42,217 nt of DNA from Gammaproteobacteria bacterium (GCA_041497655.1 JBGQGU010000001.1:1-42217); one strand, 5' to 3'. Shown: positions 1 through 10,077, counted from the stretch's first letter. The notes: a model not told the origin generated them from the sequence alone. Translations and numbers: made by a program.

Positions 1-1619
1 CGCGCCCGGGCGATATTGCGCGAAATCGCAATCAGCGGGACGAGCCCCATGAAGACAATCGCGAGGGCCGCGGTGGAAGCTTCGGCCAGCCGCTCGTCCT
101 GTGCCAGGATATAAACCTGGGTCGCAAGCGTGTCGAAATTGAACGGTCTCATGACCAGGGTCGCGGGCAGCTCCTTCATGACCTCCACGAAGATGAGCAG
201 CGCGGCAGTAAACAGACCGCGCGCCATGATCGGCACGTGTATGCGGAGCAGCGATTCGACCGGGCCGCAGCCGAGGCTGCGCGCCGCATCCTCCATGCTC
301 GGCCGCACCTTCTCGAGGGAAGCGTCGACGGTCTGCAGCCCGATCGAGAAGAACCGCACGACGTAGGCCAGCACGAGGGCCACGATACCGCCCGTCAACA
401 GCAATCCCGTCGAGATCCCGAAGCTCATCCTCATCCACGCATCGAGCGCGTTGTCGAGTTGCGCGAGCGGTATCAACGTGCCCACCGCGATCACCAGGCC
501 CGGGACCGCGTAACCCAGGCCGGCCACGCGATTCAGATTGATGCTGAACACGCCCGGGTGCAGGCGGGCGTTGTAAGCCATCAGCAGCGCCAGCACCACC
601 AGCAGCGCGGAGGTGAGCGCGGCGAGCGTCACGCTGTTCGCCGCAAACTGCAGAAATCTCGGACCGAGCTGGGCACCGCCTTCGCCGATCGCCATCCGCA
701 GCAGCAGCCCTGCCGGCAACAGGAACCCGAGCGCAAAGGGGATCGCGCACACCGCGGTAGCGGCGGCGGCCGGCAATCCCGCGAGGCGCTGGCGCGACGG
801 GGCGCGCGTGCGCTGCGAGGTTTCGTGGAAGCGCTTGTGGCCGCGGCTCACGCGCTCGAGCAGCAAGACGAGCACCACGAAACCGAGCAGCGCTGCCGCG
901 AGCTGCGCGGCGACCACGCGCTCTCCCATCGAAAACCACGCCTGATAAATGCCGGTGGTGAAGGTCGGCACCCCGAAGTAGGACACCGTCCCGAAATCGG
1001 CGATCGTCTCCATCAGCGCGAGCGCCGTGCCGGCCACGACCGCCGGGCGCGCGAGAGGCAATGCCACGCGGAAAAAAACCGCAATGTTGCCCAGACCCAA
1101 TGTGCGTCCCGCTTCGAGCGGACTCGCCGAGCGCTCGAGAAATGCTCCGCGGGCGAGCAGGTACACATAGGGATAGAGGACGAAGATGAACATCGCTACC
1201 GCACCCCCGAGCGAACGCACGTCGGGGAACCAGTAGTCGGCCTTCGACCATCCGGTCAGTTCGCGCAACCACGTCTGCACCGGGCCCACGAACTGCAACA
1301 GATCCGTATAGACGAACGCGATAACATAGGCGGGCATCGCAAGCGGCAGGATCAGGGCCCATTCGAACGCACGCCTGCCGGGAAATTCGTGCATGGCCGT
1401 AAGCCAGGCAGTGGACACACCCACCGTGATCACGCCGACACCGACGCCCGCCAGCAACCAGAATGTATTCGCCGCGTACTCCGGCAGGACCGTCTGCGCG
1501 AGGTGTTGCCACACCCCGGGCGTGCCCGTGGCGAACAGGTGGAAGAACACGCTCGCCACCGGCAGCGCGCACAATGTTCCGATCAGCGTCGCAATCGCAG
1601 TAAGTCGTCCGACTCGCAT
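1..1619 (-). CDS. ABC transporter permease, Fe(3+)/thiamine-type double permease; C-terminus runs off the window start
   Basis: Not in the supplied ORF track because it is open at the window edge. Manual minus-strand translation from the ATG ending at 1619 gives MRVGRLTAIATLIGTLCALPVASVFFHLF... with no stop down to nt 1. It has two EAA-loop motifs (EAGRTLGLGNIAVFFRVALPLARPAV and EDAARSLGCGPVESLLRIHVPIMARG), typical of FbpB/HitB-like fused permeases. The + strand ORF 237..1682 is its Arg/His-rich antisense shadow. Confidence 0.85.
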   Translation of the reverse strand, partial: MRVGRLTAIATLIGTLCALPVASVFFHLFATGTPGVWQHLAQTVLPEYAANTFWLLAGVGVGVITVGVSTAWLTAMHEFPGRRAFEWALILPLAMPAYVIAFVYTDLLQFVGPVQTWLRELTGWSKADYWFPDVRSLGGAVAMFIFVLYPYVYLLARGAFLERSASPLEAGRTLGLGNIAVFFRVALPLARPAVVAGTALALMETIADFGTVSYFGVPTFTTGIYQAWFSMGERVVAAQLAAALLGFVVLVLLLERVSRGHKRFHETSQRTRAPSRQRLAGLPAAAATAVCAIPFALGFLLPAGLLLRMAIGEGGAQLGPRFLQFAANSVTLAALTSALLVVLALLMAYNARLHPGVFSINLNRVAGLGYAVPGLVIAVGTLIPLAQLDNALDAWMRMSFGISTGLLLTGGIVALVLAYVVRFFSIGLQTVDASLEKVRPSMEDAARSLGCGPVESLLRIHVPIMARGLFTAALLIFVEVMKELPATLVMRPFNFDTLATQVYILAQDERLAEASTAALAIVFMGLVPLIAISRNIARA

Positions 1620-1652
1620 CGCTCTTTGGGATCGCGCCCGGCAAGAATGGTC

Positions 1653-1668
1653 AATGAGCTATCATTAT
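1653..1668. promoter_or_regulatory. Fur-box-like AT-rich element in the 53-bp divergent promoter region of the iron ABC genes
   Basis: AATGAGCTATCATTAT shares the AATGA and ATCATTAT halves of the Fur consensus GATAATGATAATCATTATC, with one extra base between them. It lies between the permease start (1619, minus) and the ATPase start (1673, plus). Confidence 0.3.
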
Positions 1669-1672
1669 ACGT

Positions 1673-2800
1673 ATGTCTTTGAATTTACGTGAATCCGGCA
1701 ATGGCGTCGCGGGCGATCATTGCCTCGTCGCCGACCCGCTCAGCTTGCCGCTCCTCGCGATCCGCGCGTTGCGCCACGCCTACGGGTCAAACGAGGTGAT
1801 CAAGGGCCTGTCGCTGAGCCTGAACAAGGGCACGATCGGCTGTCTGCTCGGCGCGAGTGGTTGCGGCAAGACCACGGTGCTGCGCTGTATCGCAGGTTTC
1901 GACCCGGCTCAGGGGGGCGAGATCTGGCTGAACGGCCAGCTTGTGAGCGGGCGCGGCGTGCTGCTTCCGACCGAAGCGCGCCATGTCGGCATGGTGTTCC
2001 AGGATTACGCGCTCTTCCCGCACCTCACGGTGGCGGAGAACATCGCCTTCGGACTGCGTGACGGGGACCGCGCCGCGCGCGCGCGCCGGGTAGATGAAGT
2101 GCTGGAGACGGTCAGGCTGACCGGGCTACGGGACAAGTATCCCGACGAGCTTTCCGGGGGCCAGCAGCAGCGCATCGCACTCGCGCGTGCCCTGGCGCCG
2201 CGCCCCGATCTGCTGCTGCTCGACGAACCGTTTTCCAACCTCGACGTGGAGTTTCGCACGCAGTTGAGCGTCGAGGTGCGGGAGATCCTCAAGCAGCAGA
2301 ACACCACCGCAATCCTCGTCACGCATGACCAGCATGAAGCGTTCAACCTGGCCGATGAAATAGGGATCATGCGTAACGGAGCGATCGAGCAGTGGGACAC
2401 GCCGTACCGCCTGTACCACGAGCCGGTGAGCCGCTATATCGCGGATTTCATCGGACAGGGTGTATTCCTGCCGGGCACGGTGCTGGCGGATGCCCGCATC
2501 AGGCTCGAGCTGGGCGTGTTCCAGGCCAATACTTCCGAATGGCCACGGGGCACGGAGGTCGATGTCCTGCTACGGCCGGATGACATCCTGCACGACGACG
2601 CCAGCCCGCTGCAGGCCCAGGTGCTGCACAAGGCGTTCCGCGGCGCACAGTTCCTCTATACGCTGCAGCTACCCGCCGGCGGGCGCGTGGTGTCGCTCGT
2701 GCCAAGCCACCACAACCACGCGATCGGAGAGAGAATCGGCATCCGCCTGGAGATCGACCACCTGGTGGCGTTCCGCCGGGAAGCGGCGCCGGCGCGCTAG
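1673..2800 (+). CDS. ABC transporter ATP-binding protein (FbpC/PotA-like, with C-terminal TOBE-like extension)
   Basis: Walker A GASGCGKTT, signature LSGGQQQRIALARAL, Walker B LLLLDEPFSNLD and H-loop VTHDQ. The start is uncertain; an in-frame TTG at 1745 would give a more typical N-terminus. Confidence 0.9.
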   Translation: MSLNLRESGNGVAGDHCLVADPLSLPLLAIRALRHAYGSNEVIKGLSLSLNKGTIGCLLGASGCGKTTVLRCIAGFDPAQGGEIWLNGQLVSGRGVLLPTEARHVGMVFQDYALFPHLTVAENIAFGLRDGDRAARARRVDEVLETVRLTGLRDKYPDELSGGQQQRIALARALAPRPDLLLLDEPFSNLDVEFRTQLSVEVREILKQQNTTAILVTHDQHEAFNLADEIGIMRNGAIEQWDTPYRLYHEPVSRYIADFIGQGVFLPGTVLADARIRLELGVFQANTSEWPRGTEVDVLLRPDDILHDDASPLQAQVLHKAFRGAQFLYTLQLPAGGRVVSLVPSHHNHAIGERIGIRLEIDHLVAFRREAAPAR

Positions 2801-2882
2801 AACCGGTCTAAAAAAACAAAAACCTAGCCGCAGATAAACGCCGATATAAAAGCGGAAACAGTCCAGCAGCCCAATCGTGACT

Positions 2883-3986
2883 TTATCTGCGTTCACCTGC
2901 GTCCATCGGCGGCTCGATGGCTTTTGAATTGTTTTTGAGACCGCCTCTATCGTCTTCAGCCCGGAATTGCGCGTGCAGTTCCCGCGCCAGTTCGTGAACC
3001 GCGAGCGCGTAATTGATGTTGCGGTTGTAGCGCGTGATCACGTAGAAGTTATTGAGCCCCAGCCAGTAGCTGGGCCCGGTTTCGGATTCCACCATTATCA
3101 GTGCCGCCTCGCGCCCCTCCTCGACCGGCGCAGCCGGCGACACGCCGCGCCGCTTCAGTTCGCCCACCTTGAGCTGCGGCTTGACGCCCAGCTCAAGCAG
3201 CGCGGAGGCGCTTCCGGGATCTACCTCGACCGGCACCGCGATGGTTTCGCCCGCGCGCCAGCCGTGCGACTTATAGTAGTTTGCTACGCTGCCGATTGCG
3301 TCTGCAGGAGACTTGACAAGGTCACGCTTGCCGTCGCCGTCGAAATCCACGGCGTAGCGGCGGTAACTGCTCGGCAGGAATTGCGGTATGCCGATTGCGC
3401 CGGCGTAGGAGCCCTTCATGCTCGTTGCATCAATCCGCGCCTCGCGCGCGAGCAACAGATACTGCACGAGCTCGGACCGGAACAGCTCGGCGCGTGGCGG
3501 ATAGTGGAACGCCAGCATGGTCAGCGCTTCCAGGACCCCGAATCTGCCGGTGTGACGGCCATAGGTCGTCTCCACGCCGATGGTCGCGACGATAATTTCC
3601 TCGGGGACGCCGAATTCGCGGCTTGCTTTTTCGAGCGTCGTCGCGTGCTCGCGCCAGAACCGGACGCCGCCGTTGATGCGCGCGGCATCCACGAACCGGC
3701 TGCGGAATTCGTACCACGGCAGCGCGGTAATGGGCGCCGATATCGCGCTGATTACGGCGGGATTAGGCTCCACCCTGGCGAACAGCCGGCGCAGCGAAAC
3801 GTCACTGAACTGGTGCTTTTGCACCATTTCCTGGATGAACGATTCGATTTCCGGCGAGAGGTCTTGGGCGGCAGGGGCGGAAGCCGCGTCCATCAGGGGC
3901 AACATCGCCACCCACAACAGGAGCGGTCGCAAGCGGGAAATCAGTTTGGCGGAGAGGGCGCTTTTAAACTTGTTGTCCGTGGACAT
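2883..3986 (-). CDS. mltB: lytic murein transglycosylase B
   Basis: ATIGVETTYGRHTGRFGVLEALTMLAFHYPPRAELF and GSYAGAIGIPQFLPSSYRRYAVDFDGDGKRDL are classic MltB/Slt35 blocks. I placed the start at the internal ATG (3986), giving MSTDNKFKSALSAKLISRLRPLLLWVAMLPLMDAASAPA, which looks like a signal peptide. Confidence 0.85.
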   Translation of the reverse strand: MSTDNKFKSALSAKLISRLRPLLLWVAMLPLMDAASAPAAQDLSPEIESFIQEMVQKHQFSDVSLRRLFARVEPNPAVISAISAPITALPWYEFRSRFVDAARINGGVRFWREHATTLEKASREFGVPEEIIVATIGVETTYGRHTGRFGVLEALTMLAFHYPPRAELFRSELVQYLLLAREARIDATSMKGSYAGAIGIPQFLPSSYRRYAVDFDGDGKRDLVKSPADAIGSVANYYKSHGWRAGETIAVPVEVDPGSASALLELGVKPQLKVGELKRRGVSPAAPVEEGREAALIMVESETGPSYWLGLNNFYVITRYNRNINYALAVHELARELHAQFRAEDDRGGLKNNSKAIEPPMDAGERR

Positions 3987-4297
3987 TCGCCATCGTCCGA
4001 AATTTGCCCAAAGCGGAAGCGGGGCGTAATCAGCAATGCCGAATGATACTCCGTGAGCGTCCGGCACGCCGATCGAATCATGGCCGTGCGCAGCAAGCGG
4101 AACATCTGTAGACAACTGGCGCGGTCCCGGCAAATTGCGCCCCCGACTGCACCCGCGTATTATCAAAACGAGCGGGCATGCGGGTCACCGCTTCCAAATT
4201 GTGGAACGAAGCTGATTTCTCCGCGTTTACATTCTTCAGGCCGGAAAAGTTCCAGGTCTCGGACCGCAAAGCTCGGTCAACGAGGGAGTCAGATAAC

Positions 4298-5278
4298 TTG
4301 AATATCGACATGCATGCTCACTTCGTTCCGGAGGCGTTGCTTGACGACCTCGCAGCGAAGCGCCATTCATTCCCGTCGATCTCGGCCACGGGCAGGAAGG
4401 ACGCCGTGCGCATCGCCTTCGGCAGCCAGGAACCCAAACGTCCGATGCCGGCTGCAATGAGCGACGTGGATCGGCGCCGCCGCCGTCTCGCGGAACAGCG
4501 CATCGAAAAGCAGGTCGTGGCCGGCTGGCTCGACATATTCGGCTACGACCTGCCGCCCGACGAGGGCGCCGATTGGAGCCGCTTCGTGAACGAGCATATG
4601 CTCAAGGGTGTCGCGCAGCTCGAGGCATTCGTGCCGCTGGCCACCGTTCCCATGCAGTCGGGGAAGCTCGCCGCGCAGGTTCTCGAGGAGGCTCTGGCCG
4701 CGGGTTTTCACGGCGCGATGATCGGGACGCAGCCCAAGGGAATGGGTAGCGTGCTCGATGACCCCGACCTCGATCCTTTCTGGGAAGCGGCTGCTTCCCG
4801 CAAAGCCACGATAATCGTTCATCCGACGTTCGGCGCCCACGACAACCGGCTCAAGGCTTACGGTCTCGTCAACACGGTAGGCCGCATAACCGACAGCACC
4901 ATAGCGGTCTCCCGGCTGCTGCTCTCGGGTCATCTGCTGCGATATCCCGGCGTCAATCTCGTGGTAGCGCACGGCGGAGGCGCTCTGCCGATGGTGCTGG
5001 GGCGATTGAAGAACAGCTTCGCCAATGATCCTGCGGGCAATGCCGATCCTGGCGAGGGGTTCAGCCGGCTCTATTTCGACACGGTGGTATACGACCCGCG
5101 GGCAATCCGTTTCCTGTGCGACGTAGCCGGTCCATCGAAACTGATGATGGGTACCGACCAGCCGTTCCCGAACGCCGAGGCGAAGCCGCAAGAACTGATT
5201 CAGTGCTGCGGCCTGGAAGCCAAAGATCAGGCAGCGGTCCTCGGCGGCACGGCGGCCAAGCTCTTTGGCATTTCGTAG
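4298..5278 (+). CDS. amidohydrolase-2 family protein (ACMSD-like; possible non-oxidative decarboxylase or hydrolase)
   Basis: N-terminal [13 protein letters not shown] metal-binding motif, later [10 protein letters not shown] and a C-terminal GTDQPF block, as in the ACMSD/PicC/LigW-type amidohydrolase_2 family. Start chosen at TTG 4298 after GGGAG; ATG 4310 is an alternative. Confidence 0.75.
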   Translation: MNIDMHAHFVPEALLDDLAAKRHSFPSISATGRKDAVRIAFGSQEPKRPMPAAMSDVDRRRRRLAEQRIEKQVVAGWLDIFGYDLPPDEGADWSRFVNEHMLKGVAQLEAFVPLATVPMQSGKLAAQVLEEALAAGFHGAMIGTQPKGMGSVLDDPDLDPFWEAAASRKATIIVHPTFGAHDNRLKAYGLVNTVGRITDSTIAVSRLLLSGHLLRYPGVNLVVAHGGGALPMVLGRLKNSFANDPAGNADPGEGFSRLYFDTVVYDPRAIRFLCDVAGPSKLMMGTDQPFPNAEAKPQELIQCCGLEAKDQAAVLGGTAAKLFGIS

Positions 5279-5316
5279 GACCGGGAAAAACCGCCCCCTG
5301 CGTTGGAGGATTGCAG

Positions 5317-5790
5317 ATGCCAGTCCTTTCCATGACGGTCAACGGAAAACTCGTCAGTGCCGAGGTTGAAGGACGGACGCTGCTGGTCCAGTTTCTGCGC
5401 GAGATCCTGAATTTGACCGGAACGCACGAGGGCTGTGATACGAGCCAGTGCGGATGCTGCACCGTGCAGTTCAACGGCAAGGGGGTCAAGTCTTGCACCG
5501 TGCTCGCGTTGGGGTGCAACGGCGGGACTGTTACGACTATCGAAGGGCTCGCAACAGACGGGAAACTGCATCCGATGCAGGCGGCCTTTCAGGAACATCA
5601 CGGGCTGCAGTGCGGATTCTGCACCCCGGGCATGATCATGTCGGCGGTGGACATGGTAAACCGCATGGGCAATGACCTGAGCGATCATACGATCCGCGAG
5701 CAGCTCGAGGGGAACATCTGCCGCTGCACGGGCTATCACAACATCGTCAAGGCCATTCAGGCCGGCGCCGCTGCCATGAAGGGGTCGTGA
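5317..5790 (+). CDS. (2Fe-2S)-binding small subunit of a xanthine dehydrogenase/CoxSML-family molybdenum hydroxylase
   Basis: Plant-type cluster [11 protein letters not shown] and second cluster CGFCTPGM...CRCTGY. RBS GGAGGA lies 6 nt upstream of ATG 5317. Confidence 0.9.
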   Translation: MPVLSMTVNGKLVSAEVEGRTLLVQFLREILNLTGTHEGCDTSQCGCCTVQFNGKGVKSCTVLALGCNGGTVTTIEGLATDGKLHPMQAAFQEHHGLQCGFCTPGMIMSAVDMVNRMGNDLSDHTIREQLEGNICRCTGYHNIVKAIQAGAAAMKGS

Positions 5791-5872
5791 CACAGCGTTC
5801 TGCCGAGTGCCCCGCTGCACGTTACGAACAGACAATTGTGCCCCTGAAGGCGCCTTAGGAGGACATCACGAA

Positions 5873-6679
5873 ATGTACGATTTCGACTATCACAGGCCGG
5901 CCAGCCTGGATGATGTGGCCGCCATCATTTCGGCGCACGGCGACTTCAAAGTCCTGGCCGGAGGCATGAGCCTCATCCCAACTTTGAAGTTGCGCCTGGC
6001 CCGCTACTCCGGCTTGGTAGACCTTGGAGGTGTCGAAAGCCTCAAGGGCATCACGCGCGACGGCAATGCCCTCGTGATCGGCGCCATGACGCCTCATGCA
6101 ACTGTTGCCACCTCCCCTGAAGTCGAGCGCGCCATCCCCGCCTTGGCAGATCTGGCCCGCGGCATCGGTGACCCGCTCGTGCGCAATCGCGGAACGATCG
6201 GAGGTTCGATCGCGAACGCGGATCCTGCCGCCGACTATCCCGCGGGCGTGCTCGGTCTGGGCGCAACGGTTTGGACCAACAAGCGCAAGATTGCTGCCGA
6301 CGACTTCTTCGTCGGCCTGTTCGAGACCGCGTTGCGGCCGGACGAGATCATCACCGCGGTGAGCTTCCCGCTCGCGAAGGCTGCGGGGTACGCCAAGCTT
6401 CGCCAGTCTGCCTCGCGCTTTGCGCTGGTAGGTGTGTTCGTGGCGAAGACCGCCAGGGGCGTGCGCGTCGCGGTGACCGGCGCAGGTCCTTCGGTGTTCC
6501 GGTTCAGGGATGCCGAGGCAGCCCTCGAAAAGCGCTTCGAAACCTCGGCCCTCGACGGAATCAGGGTCGAGGCCGATGGCCTCAACTCCGATATCCACGC
6601 GAGCGCCGAATACCGGGCGCACTGCGTGGGCGTGTTGACGAAACGCGCTGTATGGGCGGCTCGCTCGAATCCGGCATAG
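5873..6679 (+). CDS. FAD-binding medium subunit (CoxM-like) of molybdenum hydroxylase
   Basis: KVLAGGMSLIPTLKLR and RNRGTIGGSIANADPAADYP are the FAD_binding_5 motifs of CoxM/XdhB-type subunits. RBS AGGAGG precedes ATG 5873. Confidence 0.85.
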   Translation: MYDFDYHRPASLDDVAAIISAHGDFKVLAGGMSLIPTLKLRLARYSGLVDLGGVESLKGITRDGNALVIGAMTPHATVATSPEVERAIPALADLARGIGDPLVRNRGTIGGSIANADPAADYPAGVLGLGATVWTNKRKIAADDFFVGLFETALRPDEIITAVSFPLAKAAGYAKLRQSASRFALVGVFVAKTARGVRVAVTGAGPSVFRFRDAEAALEKRFETSALDGIRVEADGLNSDIHASAEYRAHCVGVLTKRAVWAARSNPA

Positions 6680-6710
6680 ACAGTTGCCCATGAGTGGGAG
6701 GGAAGCCGAA

Positions 6711-9086
6711 ATGTCTCAGACCGCCAGGAGCTCCCGTATCGGAGAGCCCGTACGGCGCAAGGAAGACCTGCGCCTCGTTACCGGCAAGGGTTGCTTCAGC
6801 GACGACGTCAGTCTGCCGCGGCAGGTATTTGCCGTGATGGTGCGCTCCACACACGCGCACGCGCGCATTCTCGATGTCGATACCCGGAAGGCGCTCGCGA
6901 GTCCTGGCGTGCTCGCCGTGCTGACCGGGCGCGACCTGCTTGCCGACGGCTTGAAGCCCTTCCCGCACAAGCCTTTCACTTCGCATCCCGCCGATATCGC
7001 CATGGTGAACAGCGACGGCACCCCGCTCTTCTCCGCGCCGCAATACCCGCTGGCCCTTGGCAAGGTGCGCTACGTCGGTGAAATCGTCGCCATGGTGGTC
7101 GCAACGACGGTTGCGGCAGCAAAGGACGGGGCGGAGCTCGTCGACATCGGCTACGCGGAACTGCCTGCGGTCACCAACACGGTCGCCGCAGCGCGGCCGG
7201 ATGCGACGCGCCTGTGGGATGAAGCGCGCTCCAACGTCTGCCTGGATGCAGACACGGGCGACCGCAAGGGAACCGAGGCCGGCTTCGCGCGCGCGGCACA
7301 TGTCGTGAGGTTCGAGACGTGGGTCCAGCGCGTCACCGGCGTTCCGATGGAACCCCGCGCCGCGGTCTGTGAATACGACGCGGTAACGCAGCGCTACACG
7401 CTTCACGCCGGAAGCGGCGGCGCGGTTCGCCTGAAACAGGAGCTCGCTGCGATTCTCGACGTCCCTGCGGAGAACGTGCGGGTCCTCATGCAGGACGTCG
7501 GCGGCAATTTCGGCACGCGCGGGTTTATCTATCCCGAGTTCGCCCTGGTGGCGTGGGCGGCGCGCCGCGTCGGGCGCCCGGTCAAATGGACGTGCACGCG
7601 GCAGGAGTCGTTCCTCAGCGATTACCAAGGCCGCGATCTCGCGGTGGAAGCGGAACTGGCGCTGGACGCGGACGGCAACTTCCTCGCGATGCGCGGATCG
7701 AATATCGGCAACGCGGGAGCGCACACCGCGAATTTCTCGCCGCTGCGCAAAGGCGTCGAGATCATGTCCAGCATCTACCGCATGCCGGCCGCCAATTTCC
7801 GGGCGCGCACCGTCCTCAGCAACACGATGATGACCCGGCCCTACCGCAGCGCGGGCCGCCCGGAGGTCATGTACGTCATGGAGCGGCTCATCGACCTGGC
7901 CGCCCGCGAGTGCGGGTTCGACCGCATCGAGTTGAGGCGGCGCAACCTCCTCTCGCAAGCGGAACTGCCCTATACCAATCCCTGGGGCATGATCTACGAC
8001 AGCGGCGCCTATCACGAGGTCATGGAGAAGGCGCTCAAGCTCGGCGACTGGGCGGGCTTCGCCGAACGCCGCGCCGAGGCGCGCAGCCGCGGCAAATGCC
8101 GCGGGATCGGCGTTGCCAACTACGTTGACACGGCGACCGGGGTTCCCCGGGAGCGGGGCGAGGTCACGGTGCATCCCGACGGCCGGGTTGATGTCGTCAT
8201 CGGGATCGTCTCGAACGGGCAAGGCCACGAGACGAGCTTCGCCCAGCTGGTGACGGAGTGGCTGGGAGTACCCTTCGAAAACGTGCGGATCATTGCCGGA
8301 GACACCGACATCGTGAAAGTCGGCGGCGGCACGCACGGCGGGCGCGGCATGCGCCTTGCCAGCATCGTCATCTGGAACTCCTCCCGGCAGATCATCGAGA
8401 AGGGAACGCGCCTCGCGGCATTACTGTTGAATTCCGAGCCGAGCGAGATTGAATTCAAGGATGGCCGATTCCTCCTGAACGGGACAGGCCGCTCGATTGG
8501 TCTGTTCGAGGTCGCGGCCGCAGGGACGCAGCTGAAAGACTTGCCCGACGATCTGCGCGGGCCGCTGGCGGCATTCTCGGATGAGACCGTCAACGTCGCG
8601 GGCTTTCCCTACGGCTGCCATGTCTGCGAAGTCGAGATCGATCCTGAACTGGGGACAGTGGAAATCGTGCGGTATTCGGCCGTGGATGACGTAGGCCGCG
8701 CGGTGAATCCGATGATAGTTCATGGCCAAATTCACGGTGGCATCGCGCAAGGCGTCGGGCAAGCGCTTCTTGAACAGTGCTTTTACGACGCCGCCACCGG
8801 GCAACTACTCTCGGGCTCGTTCATGGATTATGCGATGCCCCGGGCGGACTCGCTTCCATTCTTCAAGACGGAGATCAGCGAGGTGCCTTCGCCGACGCAC
8901 CCGCTGGGCATGCGCCCGGCCGGCGAGGGTGGCACGACTCCGGCCCTTGGCGTGGTTATTAACGCGGTCGTCGATGCGCTCGCCGGGTATGGCGTGAAGC
9001 ACGTCGAGATGCCGGCAACCCCGGAACGCATCTGGCGCGCGATCCGCGAGGCGCAAACGCCCTCCCCGGCCGCCGCGAATCGATAG
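6711..9086 (+). CDS. molybdopterin-binding large subunit (CoxL-like, not a form I CO dehydrogenase)
   Basis: About 790 aa aldehyde oxidase/xanthine dehydrogenase a/b-hammerhead plus Mo-binding architecture (GNFGTRG, GGTHGGRG, PAGEGGTTP). The active-site loop reads PYRSAGR (7839-7859), closer to the form II AYRGAGR type than to the form I AYXCSFR of true CODH. Confidence 0.9.
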   Translation: MSQTARSSRIGEPVRRKEDLRLVTGKGCFSDDVSLPRQVFAVMVRSTHAHARILDVDTRKALASPGVLAVLTGRDLLADGLKPFPHKPFTSHPADIAMVNSDGTPLFSAPQYPLALGKVRYVGEIVAMVVATTVAAAKDGAELVDIGYAELPAVTNTVAAARPDATRLWDEARSNVCLDADTGDRKGTEAGFARAAHVVRFETWVQRVTGVPMEPRAAVCEYDAVTQRYTLHAGSGGAVRLKQELAAILDVPAENVRVLMQDVGGNFGTRGFIYPEFALVAWAARRVGRPVKWTCTRQESFLSDYQGRDLAVEAELALDADGNFLAMRGSNIGNAGAHTANFSPLRKGVEIMSSIYRMPAANFRARTVLSNTMMTRPYRSAGRPEVMYVMERLIDLAARECGFDRIELRRRNLLSQAELPYTNPWGMIYDSGAYHEVMEKALKLGDWAGFAERRAEARSRGKCRGIGVANYVDTATGVPRERGEVTVHPDGRVDVVIGIVSNGQGHETSFAQLVTEWLGVPFENVRIIAGDTDIVKVGGGTHGGRGMRLASIVIWNSSRQIIEKGTRLAALLLNSEPSEIEFKDGRFLLNGTGRSIGLFEVAAAGTQLKDLPDDLRGPLAAFSDETVNVAGFPYGCHVCEVEIDPELGTVEIVRYSAVDDVGRAVNPMIVHGQIHGGIAQGVGQALLEQCFYDAATGQLLSGSFMDYAMPRADSLPFFKTEISEVPSPTHPLGMRPAGEGGTTPALGVVINAVVDALAGYGVKHVEMPATPERIWRAIREAQTPSPAAANR

Positions 9087-9105
9087 CTCATTTCGACGAA
9101 GGGAC

Positions 9106-10077
9106 ATGAACACGGGAACCGCATTGGCCTGGCTCGTTGCGTCGGCGGCGACCGCGCTCGTATCGAACACCGCGCTCGCGCAGGCGTACCCGGCCAAGCC
9201 GATCCGGTTGATCGTGCCCTTTACTCCATCCGGCGGGACGGACGCGTCCGCGCGCATCATGGCGCAGGCGCTCACCGACGATGCGGGCTGGCGGTTCGTG
9301 GTGGAGAACCGCCCGGGCGCGAGCGGCCGCATCGGCACCGAGCTCGCGGCGAAAGCGCCAGCCGACGGCTACACCCTGCTGTTGGGCAGCGTCGCGCCGA
9401 ATGCGATCATCCCGAGCGCCGTATCGAACCTGCCGTACGACGCGGTGAAGGACTTCACGCCGATCAGCCTCCTTGCCACCTCCGATTTCGTCCTCGCCGT
9501 GCATCCGTCACTGCCGGCGAGATCGGTCAAGGACCTGATTGCGCTCGCCAAAAGCAAACCGGGGCAGCTCAACTTCTCTTCCGTCGGCAACATTTCCGGA
9601 GCGCACATGACGGGCGAGCTCCTGAAGCAGCTTGCAAAAATCAACATAGTGCACGTGGCGTACAAGGGGCCGGGCGCTGCTGTCATCGCGGTATTGAGCG
9701 GTGAAGCGTCGTTTTACTTTGGCAGCGGCCCCACACTGACGCCCCACGCAAATGCGGGCAGACTGAGACTACTGGCCAGCACCGGCTCGAAGCGCTCTCA
9801 ATTCAATCCGGGTCTGCCAACGGTCAGCGAGACCGTGCCCGGCCACGAGTCGACGCAGTGGTTTGGCATTCTGGCTCCCGCGGGAATTTCGAAGGATATC
9901 GTTTCGAAGCTGCACGCCGCGATCGCGACGGCGGCGAGGACGCCTAAAGTCGTCGATCAATTCGCGGCCGTCGGGTCGGAATCCATCGGCAGTTCTCCGG
10001 GGGAATTCGCCGCGTTCATCAAGTCGGAGATTACCAAATGGGGCAAGGTGGTTCACTCCGGGGTATCGCTCGAATAA
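9106..10077 (+). CDS. Bug-family (TctC-like) tripartite tricarboxylate transporter substrate-binding protein
   Basis: Signal peptide, then AQAYPAKPIRLIVPFTPSGGTDASARIMAQ, DGYTLLLG, PYDAVKDFTPIS and a C-terminal SSPGEFAAFIKSEITKWGKVV block. These are Bug family hallmarks. Confidence 0.9.
   Translation: MNTGTALAWLVASAATALVSNTALAQAYPAKPIRLIVPFTPSGGTDASARIMAQALTDDAGWRFVVENRPGASGRIGTELAAKAPADGYTLLLGSVAPNAIIPSAVSNLPYDAVKDFTPISLLATSDFVLAVHPSLPARSVKDLIALAKSKPGQLNFSSVGNISGAHMTGELLKQLAKINIVHVAYKGPGAAVIAVLSGEASFYFGSGPTLTPHANAGRLRLLASTGSKRSQFNPGLPTVSETVPGHESTQWFGILAPAGISKDIVSKLHAAIATAARTPKVVDQFAAVGSESIGSSPGEFAAFIKSEITKWGKVVHSGVSLE

Noticed and set aside
237-1682. 481-aa + strand ORF from the track
   Set aside because: Extremely Arg/His/Glu-rich nonsense composition. 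It is the antisense shadow of the clearly real minus-strand ABC permease gene (1..1619) in high-GC DNA.
2830-2891. 9-bp inverted repeat GCAGATAAA / TTTATCTGC between the convergent ABC ATPase and mltB genes
   Set aside because: The arms are 44 nt apart and AT-rich, with no GC stem or U-tract, and the right arm overlaps the mltB stop region. It is not a convincing terminator.
6582-8336. 584-aa minus-strand ORF overlapping the CoxL-like gene
   Set aside because: Arg/Ala/Gly-rich, with no motifs and no RBS. It is a typical high-GC shadow ORF opposite a strongly supported + strand gene.
5317-9086. Aerobic carbon monoxide dehydrogenase (coxSML) call
   Set aside because: The large-subunit active-site loop is PYRSAGR rather than the form I AYXCSFR signature, and no coxDEFG accessory genes are present.
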